64,000 nt of DNA from an uncultured bacterium (GCA_963729625.1 CAVSOU010000008.1:544001-608000); one strand, 5' to 3'. Positions 49,566 through 59,991 are shown, counted from the first letter of the stretch. Numbers and translations: made by a program. Notes: generated by a model not told the origin, from the letters alone.

Positions 49566-49600
49566 TATACTCCTTGGTCATATTTTATACCTTAGGGTCA
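49566..49600. promoter_or_regulatory. paired TetR operator-like sites
   Basis: TATAC-TCCTTG-GTCA and TATAC-CTTAGG-GTCA, 20-bp period. Confidence 0.55.
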
Positions 49601-49801
49601 ATGTCTATCAATAGAGTCACGAGTCGAGCTAAGCGGTTCTCGGAAGCGCTCGAGACGAGGGGCTGCCAAGGTGAAGAGCATGGACCCCCAGCCGCCAGGG
49701 TGGAAGATCGGCACCGCCTCCGGCTGCGGCCGGATGGAAGAGGGGCCTCGGCTGCGGCTGGCTGGTCCTCGGGCCGTCTTCATCATCACCAATTGCCGGG
49801 T

Positions 49802-51580
49802 CTACGCCTCGACCGGCTCCTCCATGCCGTGAATGAAGCGCTTGCCGCGCATGAGGGAAGCGACGGCCGCCACGATCGAGAAGACCGCGGAGACATAGAA
49901 GGCTGCGTGCAGGCTGTCGATGAAGGCGGGCATGATCAGGTGCGGAAAGAAGGTCTTGCCGAACAAGGTAGCCTGCGCCTGGGCGCCGAGATGGGCAGCC
50001 ACGGATGGGGGTACCAGCGAGTGCATGGGATTGTAACCCAGGAAGGCAGCGAAGAGCACGCTGATGGGCGGCAAGCCGGCGATTTGATGAGCTACTCTCA
50101 CGGGCAGACCATTCTGCGTTAGCCCGGCCGACATCACGGTAGGGAGCGAGGAGGCCAGACCAGCCGTCAAGATGGTGAAGAACAAGGCCATGCTCACCAT
50201 CATGCCGGCGTTCTGAAACGTGCCACGCATCCCGGAGGCCACGCCCCGGTCCTCTGCCGGCACGGAGTTCATGATGCTGGTGGTGTTCGGCGCGGCGAAC
50301 AGGCCCATCCCGGCGCCCATGAGCAACAGGACGGCAAAGAACGCCCAGCGATTGAAATCCCCGGGCAAGAGATTCAGCAGCAGGAAGCCGACGGCGGTGA
50401 TAGCCATGCCGCCAGTGGCAAAGGCGCGCGCGCCGTAGCGGTCGGACAGCCAGCCGGAGACCGGGCCAAAACCGATGAAGCCGAGCATCATCGGCATCGT
50501 GTAGATGCCGGCCCAGAGCGGCGTGTCCTCGAATGAGACGCCGTGCAGCGGGAGCCAGATGCCCTGGAGCCAGATGATCAGCATGAACTGCAGACCGCCG
50601 CGCGCCAGGGAGCTGAGAAAGCCGCTCAGGTTTCCGGCCGCGAACATACGGATCTTGAACAGCCTGAGGTGGAACAACGGATCGGGGGCGCGCGTCTCAA
50701 GCCAGAGAAACGCGGCAAGCAGCAGCACGCCGATCACCAGGGCGGCAATCACCCAAGGGTTGGTCCAGCCCAGCGCACTTGTGCCGTATGGCTCGATGCC
50801 GTACGTGACGCCGACGAGAAGGACGGTCAGCCCGACCAAGAAGGTGAGATTGCCGGGGATATCGAGGTGCTGGCCGGTGCGGATGGTGGCGATCTCGTGC
50901 AGGCGGAGGTACGCCCACACGGTGCCGAAGAGGCCAAACGGTACGCTGACCAGGAAGACCAGACGCCAGTCGACGGTGGCGAGCCAGCCGCCGACCAGCA
51001 AGCCGCCCAGGGAGCCGGAGATACCGGCAATCTGATTGATGCCCATGGCCAGGCCTCGCTCATGCGGCGGGAATGCATCGGTCAACAAGGCCGGGCTGTT
51101 GGCAAACAGGAATGCGCCCCCGACTCCCTGCACTACCCGAAAAGCCAGCAGCTCGATGCCGGCCTGCGTGCCGGTACCGGGCGTGAAGACCAGGAGCAGC
51201 GACCCCAGCGTGAAGATGGCAAAGCCCAGGTTGTACATACGGACCCGCCCGAACATGTCTGAGATGCGGCCGAAGGTCACCAGGAGCGTCGCGGTGACGA
51301 TCATGTACCCCATCAAGATCCAGAGCAAGAACCCGGAGTTGCCCGGCGCCATCGGATTGAGGGCGATACCGCGGAAGATGGCCGGCAGCGAGATCATCAT
51401 GATGCTGCCGTTGATGGTGGCCACCAGCATCCCGATTGTCGTGTTGGAGAGCACGATCCACTTGTACAGGTCGCCGCGGCGCGTGGCTATGGGTCTCGTA
51501 CTTGGTGGGCCATTATCTCCAAGCGCGACCGCTCCACCAGGACTCAGGACATTCGTGCGCCCCTCTGTGGGCGTGAGCAC
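49802..51580 (-). CDS. MFS DHA2 (EmrB/QacA-like) efflux pump; start uncertain
   Basis: GRISDMFGR motif A, FRVVQGVGGA, many TM helices. Confidence 0.88.
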   Translation of the reverse strand: MLTPTEGRTNVLSPGGAVALGDNGPPSTRPIATRRGDLYKWIVLSNTTIGMLVATINGSIMMISLPAIFRGIALNPMAPGNSGFLLWILMGYMIVTATLLVTFGRISDMFGRVRMYNLGFAIFTLGSLLLVFTPGTGTQAGIELLAFRVVQGVGGAFLFANSPALLTDAFPPHERGLAMGINQIAGISGSLGGLLVGGWLATVDWRLVFLVSVPFGLFGTVWAYLRLHEIATIRTGQHLDIPGNLTFLVGLTVLLVGVTYGIEPYGTSALGWTNPWVIAALVIGVLLLAAFLWLETRAPDPLFHLRLFKIRMFAAGNLSGFLSSLARGGLQFMLIIWLQGIWLPLHGVSFEDTPLWAGIYTMPMMLGFIGFGPVSGWLSDRYGARAFATGGMAITAVGFLLLNLLPGDFNRWAFFAVLLLMGAGMGLFAAPNTTSIMNSVPAEDRGVASGMRGTFQNAGMMVSMALFFTILTAGLASSLPTVMSAGLTQNGLPVRVAHQIAGLPPISVLFAAFLGYNPMHSLVPPSVAAHLGAQAQATLFGKTFFPHLIMPAFIDSLHAAFYVSAVFSIVAAVASLMRGKRFIHGMEEPVEA

Positions 51581-51593
51581 ACCTGCCACAAAG

Positions 51594-52526
51594 CTACCGT
51601 TTTCGCGGCGGAGGCTCATCAGCCTCCCCGGGGCGTTCATGCACGTCGCCCGCGCCGCCCTGCACGACGTGCAGCCGCGGGCCGGTGGCGCCACCAGTGC
51701 GCACGAGCAGCACGGCCGCTGCCTTCTGGTGGACCACGCGCTCGGCCACCGTGCTGGGGAGCCAATGCAGGAGCGACATATGCGCATGCGTGGCCATGAC
51801 GATCATGTGCTCCGTTCCGGCCAGCTCACGTATGGCCGACTCCGGACAGCCCACCACTACTCGCCGGTCCACGATCTGTAGGCCCTGCCGCCCCAGTTGC
51901 TCCGCGACGCCGGCCAGGTAGCACTCGCCCCCGGGCCGCTGGCTTTCGTCCTGCACTACCCGCAAGAGACTCACGCGATGCACCACGGTAGGCGCCAGGG
52001 CTGCCAGCACCCGCAGCACGTCCTCGTGCGCGGCCGATCCATCCAGAGGCACCACGGCGTGCGCCAGGCACACTGGGTCAACGCAGCCATCCAGCAGCAG
52101 CAGTGGCGCCGTCCCGTGGCGCAGCAGGTGGGTGACCACGGACCCAAGGGTCAGTCGAGCCGGGCCGGCATGGCCGTGCAGACCCAGCACCACCAGGTCT
52201 ATCCAGTGTTCACGCTCGTAGAGCAGCAGCTGAGGCGCCACGTCTCCGAGGAGCGTGGTGGTAGATGCGCTGAGGCCGCCTGCCACCAAGCGCGCGCTGG
52301 CAGCCTCGAGCGAGGCCAGGGCCGCGTCCTCGTCGGCACGCAGCGCGACATCGTAGGCCGATTGCGGCAGGTAGGCGCCCATCACCGCCCAGGGCGGCAT
52401 GGGCAAGCGAACGACACGCACCAGATGAACCGTGGCATGGGTAGCCAGGGCCAGCGTCCGTGCGACCGGCAGCGCCTGTTCCGCCGCCCGCGAGCCGTCC
52501 AGGGGAACCAATACTTGACGGAACAT
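51594..52526 (-). CDS. tandem universal stress protein
   Basis: MFRQVLVPLDGS...LGSVVTHLL; second VVPLDGS...IVMATH; AGGAGG RBS. Confidence 0.88.
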   Translation of the reverse strand: MFRQVLVPLDGSRAAEQALPVARTLALATHATVHLVRVVRLPMPPWAVMGAYLPQSAYDVALRADEDAALASLEAASARLVAGGLSASTTTLLGDVAPQLLLYEREHWIDLVVLGLHGHAGPARLTLGSVVTHLLRHGTAPLLLLDGCVDPVCLAHAVVPLDGSAAHEDVLRVLAALAPTVVHRVSLLRVVQDESQRPGGECYLAGVAEQLGRQGLQIVDRRVVVGCPESAIRELAGTEHMIVMATHAHMSLLHWLPSTVAERVVHQKAAAVLLVRTGGATGPRLHVVQGGAGDVHERPGEADEPPPRKR

Positions 52527-52594
52527 TCCGCTCACCTCCTGCCCACAGCACGCCAGGCACACCGACCCGCGCACCCTGACCAGGGCACTATCGA

Positions 52595-52628
52595 TTGTAC
52601 TATACAACCAGATAGGTGTACCATGCAA
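52595..52628. promoter_or_regulatory. MarR-type operator pair
   Basis: TTGTA-CTA-TACAA palindrome and near-copy GTGTA-CCA-TGCAA between divergent usp and marR. Confidence 0.55.
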
Positions 52629-52697
52629 GCAAGTCCACCGGCAAGACGGCAGGCTGCTGGTGCATGGCAAGCCCCGGTGCACAGGAGGGGAGGACTG

Positions 52698-53207
52698 ATG
52701 GCCCGAGTAGATGCAGCATGCGACCATGATTTCATAGACCTGGTCGCACACGAGACCGCGGTGCTCATTCGCCGGGGGGAGTCCGCGCGCAAGCGGGCGC
52801 AGACTCTGGACCGGTCTGCCTACCTGCTGCTGGATGCCGTCGCGGCGCACAACCCGCTGGCGCTCGGCTGCCTGGCGGAGCGCTTCCAGCTGGATATCTC
52901 CACAGTCAGCCGGCAGGTGGCGATGCTGGAAGCTAAGGGCCTGGTGGCGCGCGAAACCGACCCGCGTGACGGTCGGGTCAGCCTGCTGGCGGTCACCGAG
53001 ACCGGGATGAGCCAGTTGCAGGCCACCCGCGCCGCGCGGCGCGCTTTCTTCGCCGGGTTGCTGGCGGACTGGAGCGACGAGGACTGCCGGGCCCTTGGCA
53101 CCATCTTGCGCCGACTCAACCAGGCCATTGCCAGACGCGACCGCAGCAGGCGAACGAGCGTCGTGCAACGGTCAGCCGGCGCTGTCGTTCGCGTGGAAGC
53201 CCAGTAG
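52698..53207 (+). CDS. MarR-family regulator
   Basis: LDRSAYLLL, LDISTVSRQV, DPRDGR, TETG; GGAGG RBS. Confidence 0.88.
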   Translation: MARVDAACDHDFIDLVAHETAVLIRRGESARKRAQTLDRSAYLLLDAVAAHNPLALGCLAERFQLDISTVSRQVAMLEAKGLVARETDPRDGRVSLLAVTETGMSQLQATRAARRAFFAGLLADWSDEDCRALGTILRRLNQAIARRDRSRRTSVVQRSAGAVVRVEAQ

Positions 53208-53234
53208 GCAGGTCAAGTCAGAGGCAACGCGCCA

Positions 53235-55574
53235 TCAGGCAATCTCGCTCGCGGCCACCGATTCCTCGGCTGCGTCCGCATTTCCTTGTCGGGCCAGCGC
53301 CGATGGCCACCAGTTCCACCGCCCGATCAGCACCACCAGCGAGGGGATCAGCAGCGTGCGGATCAGGAAGGTGTCCATCAGGATTCCGGCGGCGATGCCC
53401 AGGCCGATCTGCTGGATCTGCCCTCCACCCGCCACGGTGAGCACCGCGAAGGAGCCTGCGAGGATCAGACCAGCGGAGATCACCGTGCTGCCCGTGGCGT
53501 TAATGGCCCGTGCGACCGCGGGGGCGAGCGCCCCGTCGTGCGCTTCCTCCCTAATGCGCGTCATCACCAGGATGTTGTAGTCCGATCCCAAGGCCATCAG
53601 AAAGATGAACATGAAGAACGGCAATATGAAGTTCAGCCCAGAGCCACCGCCGATGACCATGAACACGACCACCCCCAGTCCCAGGGCGGCCAGGTACGAG
53701 AGCCCAACGCTGGCGATCAGATACCAGGGAGCTACCAGGCTGCGCAGCACCAGCGCCAGCAGAAGCGCGATCACCGCCATGACCGCCGGCACCACGTGCT
53801 GGAGATCGCTGTTCGAGATAGCGCTGATGTCGGCGGCAAATGCCACCTCACCCGCTACTCCGTTCGTCGTGGCGCCCGTGGCCGCCGCGACCTGGCTGAG
53901 TGCCTGGCGCACGGTGGGGAGTGCCTGCATCGCGGCTGTGCTCGTCGGGTCACCCGCGGCGAGCGTGGCGTAGAACTGTACCGTCTTGCCATCGGCGCTG
54001 ATGAATTGTGCCGTGGCGCGATAGGCGTTGTAGAGCCCGGAAGAGACGGAGACACCGGCTGGCAGCTCAGGCGGCAATTTGATTGCCGGGCCGAGCGCCA
54101 TGTGCAACCGCATCAGCTGAGCCGGTGACAACGGGAAGCCATTCGGGTTTAAGGGCCCGCTGATCGCGGAAAAAGCTCGTTCCGCTCGCAGGGCTTGATC
54201 GGCCCGCGCCAGCAATGCCGGCTGCTGCCAGACGGACACAGAGTACCGCAGTAGCAGGTTGGTAGGGTTGGCCTGGGCGGCCGGGAAATGCGCGCTCAGC
54301 ACCGCCGTACCTGTTGCCGACTGGCTCGTGGTGCTCGTCGAGCCATTGTCGGTGAAGCCGGCCGGCGCGTAGTGCAGGACCGCCAGAGCCAAGCAGCCGA
54401 ACACGATCAGCCCGACCGCCAGTGTGCGCGCCGGGCGACGAATAATCTGGCCGGCGATCCGGCCCCACAACCCGACACGCAGCTCCCCAATCCGCACATT
54501 GGTCGGCCAGAACACCGCGGTGCCGAAGATCGCCAAGAGCGCGGGCGTCAGGGTGAGGCCGGCGAGCAGCATGATGGCGATACCGATTGCCAGCGCCGGA
54601 CCAAGCCCCTGGTAGAAGCCCAGGCTGGCCAGCAACAGACAGAGCAGGGCGCCGATTACCGTGCCCGCGGAAAAGGTAATGGTCTCTCCCACGCGCCACA
54701 GGCTCTGCACGACGGCGGCTTGCGGCGCCAGGCCGCGGCCTATCTCTTCGCGGACGCGGAAGACCAGGAAGATGCCATAGTCGGTGCCCGCGCCCAAGAT
54801 CAGGATCACCAGAATGATCTGCGTGATTGGGGAGATCTGCACCCCAATCTTGTGCGCCTCGGCGATGATCGGTCCTGACAGCACGACGACGAGGCCGGCC
54901 GGCAGGAGCGTCAGCAAGGGGGCCAGGAGAGCGCGGTAGATGACGAAGAGCAGCAGCAGGATGAACACCACACTCAGCAGCTCAGTCACCGCCAGAGTGT
55001 GGTTGCTGGCCTTCTGGTTGTCCACATTAGTAGCCAGCTGGCCTGTGAGATAGAGCGAGAGACCGGCCGGGGCGCCCACCGCGCCGAAGGTGGAGCGGAT
55101 GGCGTCGACCGCGGTCTGGCTGCCCGAACCACCCTGGGCGGTCCGAGCCGCTAGCTCCACCAGGGCCTTGCGAGCGGTCCCGTCGGCGGACACCCCCTGG
55201 TCGCGCACGACGGCCACGTCGGCCACCCTTCGTACGGCAGCCTCTGCCCTATCAATGGCAGCTTGGTCCGCGATCGTGAGTGGCCCGCCACTGCGCGCGG
55301 CGACAAGAAGTGCCGTCGGCAGAGTACCTTGCTGGAAAGGAGAGGCGAGCAGTGCAGCCTGCATGCTGGGGCTGTTGCTGGGCAGGAAGGAGCTGTTGTT
55401 GTTGTTCGAGACGCTGGATAGGCTTGGGAGTACCCTACCGGCGAGTATCGTGGCGATAACCCAGACCCCAACGATCAGGAAGCGATGCCGCACGGTGAAC
55501 CGGCCAAGCAGAGCAAACGGCGCGCGGTCAGGCGCGCCGTCGGGGGCGCGGCCAGTGGTATTCGGAAAGTGCAT
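53235..55574 (-). CDS. MMPL/RND-family membrane transporter
   Basis: GAGTDYGIFL..R.REE and ALGSDYNIL..RIREE in two repeated halves. Confidence 0.9.
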   Translation of the reverse strand: MHFPNTTGRAPDGAPDRAPFALLGRFTVRHRFLIVGVWVIATILAGRVLPSLSSVSNNNNSSFLPSNSPSMQAALLASPFQQGTLPTALLVAARSGGPLTIADQAAIDRAEAAVRRVADVAVVRDQGVSADGTARKALVELAARTAQGGSGSQTAVDAIRSTFGAVGAPAGLSLYLTGQLATNVDNQKASNHTLAVTELLSVVFILLLLFVIYRALLAPLLTLLPAGLVVVLSGPIIAEAHKIGVQISPITQIILVILILGAGTDYGIFLVFRVREEIGRGLAPQAAVVQSLWRVGETITFSAGTVIGALLCLLLASLGFYQGLGPALAIGIAIMLLAGLTLTPALLAIFGTAVFWPTNVRIGELRVGLWGRIAGQIIRRPARTLAVGLIVFGCLALAVLHYAPAGFTDNGSTSTTSQSATGTAVLSAHFPAAQANPTNLLLRYSVSVWQQPALLARADQALRAERAFSAISGPLNPNGFPLSPAQLMRLHMALGPAIKLPPELPAGVSVSSGLYNAYRATAQFISADGKTVQFYATLAAGDPTSTAAMQALPTVRQALSQVAAATGATTNGVAGEVAFAADISAISNSDLQHVVPAVMAVIALLLALVLRSLVAPWYLIASVGLSYLAALGLGVVVFMVIGGGSGLNFILPFFMFIFLMALGSDYNILVMTRIREEAHDGALAPAVARAINATGSTVISAGLILAGSFAVLTVAGGGQIQQIGLGIAAGILMDTFLIRTLLIPSLVVLIGRWNWWPSALARQGNADAAEESVAASEIA

Positions 55575-55690
55575 TGCTATCAGAACCTCTCTCTGAAGTG
55601 CGAGGGCGTCGCGTCACGAGAACGAGTGCAGGCACCTTCGATACCTGGCAACGCCAGCTGAGAACTCGACGCCTGCAAAGCCGGCGGGCG

Positions 55691-56371
55691 TCAATGGTCC
55701 GTGTAGTTGCCATGCGTGGTTCTCCCGCTGATCTGATCGCGTCGGAGCAAGCCATTGAAGAACAGGCGGATCACGCTGCGACTCATATCGTCCATGTCGA
55801 TGGGAACAGGCAGGGCGAGTGACGCGTGCGTGATCACGCGTACGGCCCCGAACAGGGCGAGCGCCACTGTCTCGGGCTGCGCTTCCGGGTCGATCTCGCC
55901 GGCCCGCTTGCCCTCCTCGATGATCGCCCCCACGCAGGCAAAGAGCCGCGCGATGCTGGCGGAGAGTTGACCGTTCGTGCGCAACGTCTCTTTGAGTTTG
56001 TGCGGATCGACCCCTTGGAGAAACTCCACCCAGCCGGCGTGGCCCTCGATCATTTGCCGCATGATCGCCTCGATTCGTGCCTGGGCTGTCAGTCCCGGTG
56101 AGGCCGCTATTCCTTCGAGGATCGCGATCAACCGATCGATGCCTCGGCCTATCACGGCTGCAAGCAGGTCCTCTTTCGAGGGGAAATGCAGGTAGATCGT
56201 GCCTTTCGCAATACCCACCCGTTCGGCCAGCGCGTCGAGCGACAGGGTGCCCGCACCCACTTCGCCAAGCATGCGCTCGGCTTCGACCAAGATCAGTTCC
56301 TCGCGCTCCCGGCGCTGACGCTCGCGGAGGCTCGTTGGTGGATGGGCCGTGCCCGGCGTGACGCCTTCCAT
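55691..56371 (-). CDS. TetR-family regulator (paralogue of 48797-49507)
   Basis: SLRERQR..RE.LIL.EAER.L and LAERVGIAKGTIYLHFPSKEDL. Confidence 0.9.
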   Translation of the reverse strand: MEGVTPGTAHPPTSLRERQRREREELILVEAERMLGEVGAGTLSLDALAERVGIAKGTIYLHFPSKEDLLAAVIGRGIDRLIAILEGIAASPGLTAQARIEAIMRQMIEGHAGWVEFLQGVDPHKLKETLRTNGQLSASIARLFACVGAIIEEGKRAGEIDPEAQPETVALALFGAVRVITHASLALPVPIDMDDMSRSVIRLFFNGLLRRDQISGRTTHGNYTDH

Positions 56372-56415
56372 CGCGCATCACTCCCTTCCAGACCCGTGAC
56401 TTTATAGACTATTCG

Positions 56416-56448
56416 TGACTCTATGGTCAAAATATAGCAGTGCGGTCA
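56416..56448. promoter_or_regulatory. TetR operator-like sites
   Basis: TGAC-TCTATG-GTCA palindrome plus a second GGTCA 19 bp later. Confidence 0.55.
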
Positions 56449-56748
56449 CCAAGTGTCAATGCGGTCTCGCATGCGCGGTACTGCTTGTCGCCGGTCCGCA
56501 TGAAGCGTGATGCAAAGCATACGCTGGCCACGAAAAGCGACTCAGCCTGCCGCTCCTGGCGGTTGGTGTTACCGACGCCGATGTCATACATGAGGTTGGT
56601 GGGCGGTTCGGTAGTGCGAAGCCGCAAGCGTCGCCGACTCTGGTCTTGGTAGCAACTCCGACATCCTGGTCTATCACGCGCGATGTATGATACGTCCGGG
56701 CTTCCGTCGTTCCGTGGAGTTCGATGGATGCAGGATGGAGGCGACACC

Positions 56749-57513
56749 GTGAAGCCAAATGCAGTGAAGCGGAAGCTGGCCGCCGGCGAGACAGTGCTGG
56801 GTCTGTTTCTCGGATCGGACAGCCCGGACCTCGTGGAGATCTTCGGCTATGCCGGCCTCGACTTCGTGATGATCGACGCCGAGCACGGCACGATCGATCC
56901 GCACCATGCCGAGAACCTGGTGCGCGCGGCCGAGTGCTCGGGCATTACGCCGCTGGCGCGCGTCACGCAGAGCACGCCGCAGACCATCCTTCGCTTTCTT
57001 GATGCAGGTGCGCAGGGCGTGATGATCCCTTGGTGCCAGTCCGCCGGCGAAGCGCGAGCGGCTGTACAGGCGGTGAAGTACTATCCCACAGGCAGGCGCG
57101 GTTTGGCCGGCGCGCGCGCCGCGGCGTTCGGCATGCAAATGCCGCTGCCCGACTACGTGCCCCTGGCCAACGCCGAGACCATGGTGATAACGCAAATCGA
57201 GACGGTCGGCACGCTCGACGCGCTTCCAGAGATGTTGCAAGTACCGGACATCGATGTATTCTTCATCGGCCCGACCGACCTTTCGCGGTCGATGGGGTAT
57301 CCCGGGCGCACACACGAACCGGCGGTGCAAGAAGTGATTGAGCGTACTATCGCCCAGATACTCGCGGCCGGCAAGAACGCGGGCATCCACACGCGAGATG
57401 CGGAGGATCTCAAACGCAATCGCGACCGGGGCGTGCAATTCCTCAGCGCCGGCGCCTACGGGGTCGTTGCTCGTGCAGTGCGCGAGTTTGTGGCCTCAGG
57501 CAGGCAGCCATAG
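56749..57513 (+). CDS. HpcH/HpaI aldolase family
   Basis: DFVMIDAEHG, LDAGAQGVMIP, YYPTGRRG, QIET, FIGPTDLS. Confidence 0.9.
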   Translation: MKPNAVKRKLAAGETVLGLFLGSDSPDLVEIFGYAGLDFVMIDAEHGTIDPHHAENLVRAAECSGITPLARVTQSTPQTILRFLDAGAQGVMIPWCQSAGEARAAVQAVKYYPTGRRGLAGARAAAFGMQMPLPDYVPLANAETMVITQIETVGTLDALPEMLQVPDIDVFFIGPTDLSRSMGYPGRTHEPAVQEVIERTIAQILAAGKNAGIHTRDAEDLKRNRDRGVQFLSAGAYGVVARAVREFVASGRQP

Positions 57514-57570
57514 CCGCGGCCAGAGATCCGCGGGCGCCTCTTTGGTCAGGACCTGGTGCGAGATAGTGTG

Positions 57571-59991
57571 CTACTTGCTCCAGAAATCGGCGATCTTGGC
57601 ATCAGCCACCACGGGAACGAGCGTGATAAGCTTCTCACCTGCCTTCACCATTTCGTGTTCCACGATCTTGCAGACGGCGTCTGCCTGGTCTTCAATGGCT
57701 TCCACCACGATCTCGTCGTGCACGGTGTTCACGACGCGTGCATCGTAGCCCTGCAAGGCTTCATTCAATCCGACCAGTGCCAGCTTTGTCATGTCAGCGT
57801 TTGCGCCTTGTATCGGCGAGTTCTTGCCCTGGCGTTCGATGCTGGCGCGCTTCTTGTTGTACTCGGGATCGTTCTGATCCAGCGGTGGATAGTAGCGTTT
57901 GCGGCCAAGGAGTGTGATGCTGTAACCTTTGCGAACGGCGTCTCGTCCCGCTTTGTCCAGCCAGCGCTGGATGCCGGCATAGGCCTTGAAGTACTGGTCG
58001 ATCAAGCGCCTTGCTTCCTCCGTGGAGACGCCGAGCTGGACGCCGAGGGCAGTCGGACCGCGGCCATACGCCAGGCCGAAATTGATCACCTTGGCGGCAC
58101 TGCGCTGCTGCTTGTCCACCAGGTCGGGCGGCACCTGGAACATCTGGCTGGCTGTCAGCCGATGCAGGTCTCCGCCGGACTGGAAGGCTTCGACGAACGC
58201 GGGATCCTCGCTGAGCTGGGCCAGAATGCGCAGCTCAGCCTGACTGTAGTCGCAGGTGATCAACTTGTAGCCGGGGGGCGGCACGAAGCATCCGCGAAAA
58301 TCGCTGGTAGCCGGGATCTGCTGGATGTTGGGATTTGTGCATGAGAAACGGCCGGTATCGGCGCCGATTTGGTTGAAGTCCGGGTGGATACGACCCGTCC
58401 TTTTATGAATCAGGTCGAGGAACTTCTCGCCGAACGCGGACAGCAGCTTCTCAAAACCGCGATACTCCAGCAGCTTCTTGATGGCAGGATGTTCGAACTT
58501 CATGAGGGTCGATTCCATCGTGTCCGGCAGGTTGATCCCCATGCGAGCAAATGTCTCCAGCAACTGGGCATTGCTGTTCAAGTTGATCGCCGGTCCACCG
58601 AAAAGTGATTGCTGGGGTACAGCATCGGCTACCAGCAGGCCCAGCTCATTGGCACAACGGTCGCGCTCGGCTTGGGCGGAATCGATGATCTTGCGCCAGC
58701 GATCCTGATCGATCAGGCAGCCTGCCAGCTCCATCTCGCCGACGGCGACCAGCGTCTTGAACTCGAGGGCAGCGACGTTCACCAGGAATTCACGGCGAAG
58801 GGCATCCCGTTGCTGCTTGTAGATAGTGAACAGCACGAGCGCGTCGCGCGCGGCATAGCGAAGCTGTTCCTCCGAGAACGCGCCGGACTTATCAACAAAG
58901 CTGGACCGCACGGATTTGTCCAGGGTGATGCCGGCATATTTCTGGGCCAGAGATACCAGCCCAATCTCACGGCTGATACCGGCCGTCAGGACGCGCTCGG
59001 CTAACATGGTGTCGTAGATACGCCGCGTGGTGATGCCGACCTGGCTGCGCAGCATCTTGTAGTCGAACTTGGCGTTCTGCATCAGCTTGAGCGTGCGGTC
59101 ATCCTCGAGAATGCGGCGGAGCGGACGCGGGTCAACCCTTCGCGCATCGACCAGATAGGCGCGGTCGGGCGTTGCCACCTGAACCAAGAGCAGTGCGTTC
59201 TCGGCGAACGGGTCCAGGCCCGTGGTTTCGGTATCCACGGCGACGATGGGCTCACCGGAGAGCAAAGCAATGACTTCTGCCAGCCGCGTCGGCTCGATGA
59301 TCAGCTCGAATTCGGCATTGACTGTTGCGACGCTGCCGGTATCGGGCCCACTATCCACGTCGAACAACGCTCCGGCATCATCGACCGTCACAACGTGCAC
59401 CGACGGCGCAGGCGCTGGCCCTTGCGGCGACGCGGGATCTTCTTGCACGGCTACGGGCTTGTCTTCGACAATGATCGGAGCCTCGACCGAGAGCTCGGGC
59501 AGATCGGCGAGCGCCAGCGCCGACGCCCGCTTGGCGAAGCCATTGCCGCGGCCATTCCCGTTGGTTGCACGTCTGGCTGGGGCAGGATCCTCGGGTTCCG
59601 GGTCGGCCCCCGCACGCAGTTGCGCCACCGGCGCGCGCTGTGCGGGGGGGTGCTTGACCGCATTCATGCTGCTCGCGTTTGGCTGCTCCGCAGTATGTTG
59701 CTCTACAACTGGGGCCACAGCCAGGCGGGCAAGGGCGAGCGCCTCGACCACCACGCGGTTGGGAATCTTGTAGACCACGCTGTCGAACGCCGCGTCGGGC
59801 GGGCGCTCGCCGCAAATCGGGCAAGCGGGAAGATCGGGATTGAAGGCAACCTCACAGGAGACGCAGGGCAGATACCGCTTCACGCGCGCGCCACACAAGG
59901 CGCAGGAGACGTCTTGACCGAACGGCAGCGTGTCCGGCAGGGCGGTCACCATGAGACAAATGGGGCACGTGACCTTACCGGCGGCGATCAT
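57571..59991 (-). CDS. family A DNA polymerase with 3'-5' exonuclease and N-terminal zinc ribbons, no 5'-3' exonuclease
   Basis: ExoI DTETTG, ExoII NAKFD, ExoIII YAARD; motif A DYSQAELR, B RSAAKVINFGLAYG, C VHDEI; four CxxC at the N-terminus. Confidence 0.88.
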   Translation of the reverse strand: MIAAGKVTCPICLMVTALPDTLPFGQDVSCALCGARVKRYLPCVSCEVAFNPDLPACPICGERPPDAAFDSVVYKIPNRVVVEALALARLAVAPVVEQHTAEQPNASSMNAVKHPPAQRAPVAQLRAGADPEPEDPAPARRATNGNGRGNGFAKRASALALADLPELSVEAPIIVEDKPVAVQEDPASPQGPAPAPSVHVVTVDDAGALFDVDSGPDTGSVATVNAEFELIIEPTRLAEVIALLSGEPIVAVDTETTGLDPFAENALLLVQVATPDRAYLVDARRVDPRPLRRILEDDRTLKLMQNAKFDYKMLRSQVGITTRRIYDTMLAERVLTAGISREIGLVSLAQKYAGITLDKSVRSSFVDKSGAFSEEQLRYAARDALVLFTIYKQQRDALRREFLVNVAALEFKTLVAVGEMELAGCLIDQDRWRKIIDSAQAERDRCANELGLLVADAVPQQSLFGGPAINLNSNAQLLETFARMGINLPDTMESTLMKFEHPAIKKLLEYRGFEKLLSAFGEKFLDLIHKRTGRIHPDFNQIGADTGRFSCTNPNIQQIPATSDFRGCFVPPPGYKLITCDYSQAELRILAQLSEDPAFVEAFQSGGDLHRLTASQMFQVPPDLVDKQQRSAAKVINFGLAYGRGPTALGVQLGVSTEEARRLIDQYFKAYAGIQRWLDKAGRDAVRKGYSITLLGRKRYYPPLDQNDPEYNKKRASIERQGKNSPIQGANADMTKLALVGLNEALQGYDARVVNTVHDEIVVEAIEDQADAVCKIVEHEMVKAGEKLITLVPVVADAKIADFWSK

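Noticed and set aside
51897-53168. Extended ORFs 51897-53207 (+) and 51594-53168 (-)
   Set aside because: Real genes start at RBS-supported ATGs 52698 (marR) and 52526 (usp); the extensions are mutual shadows
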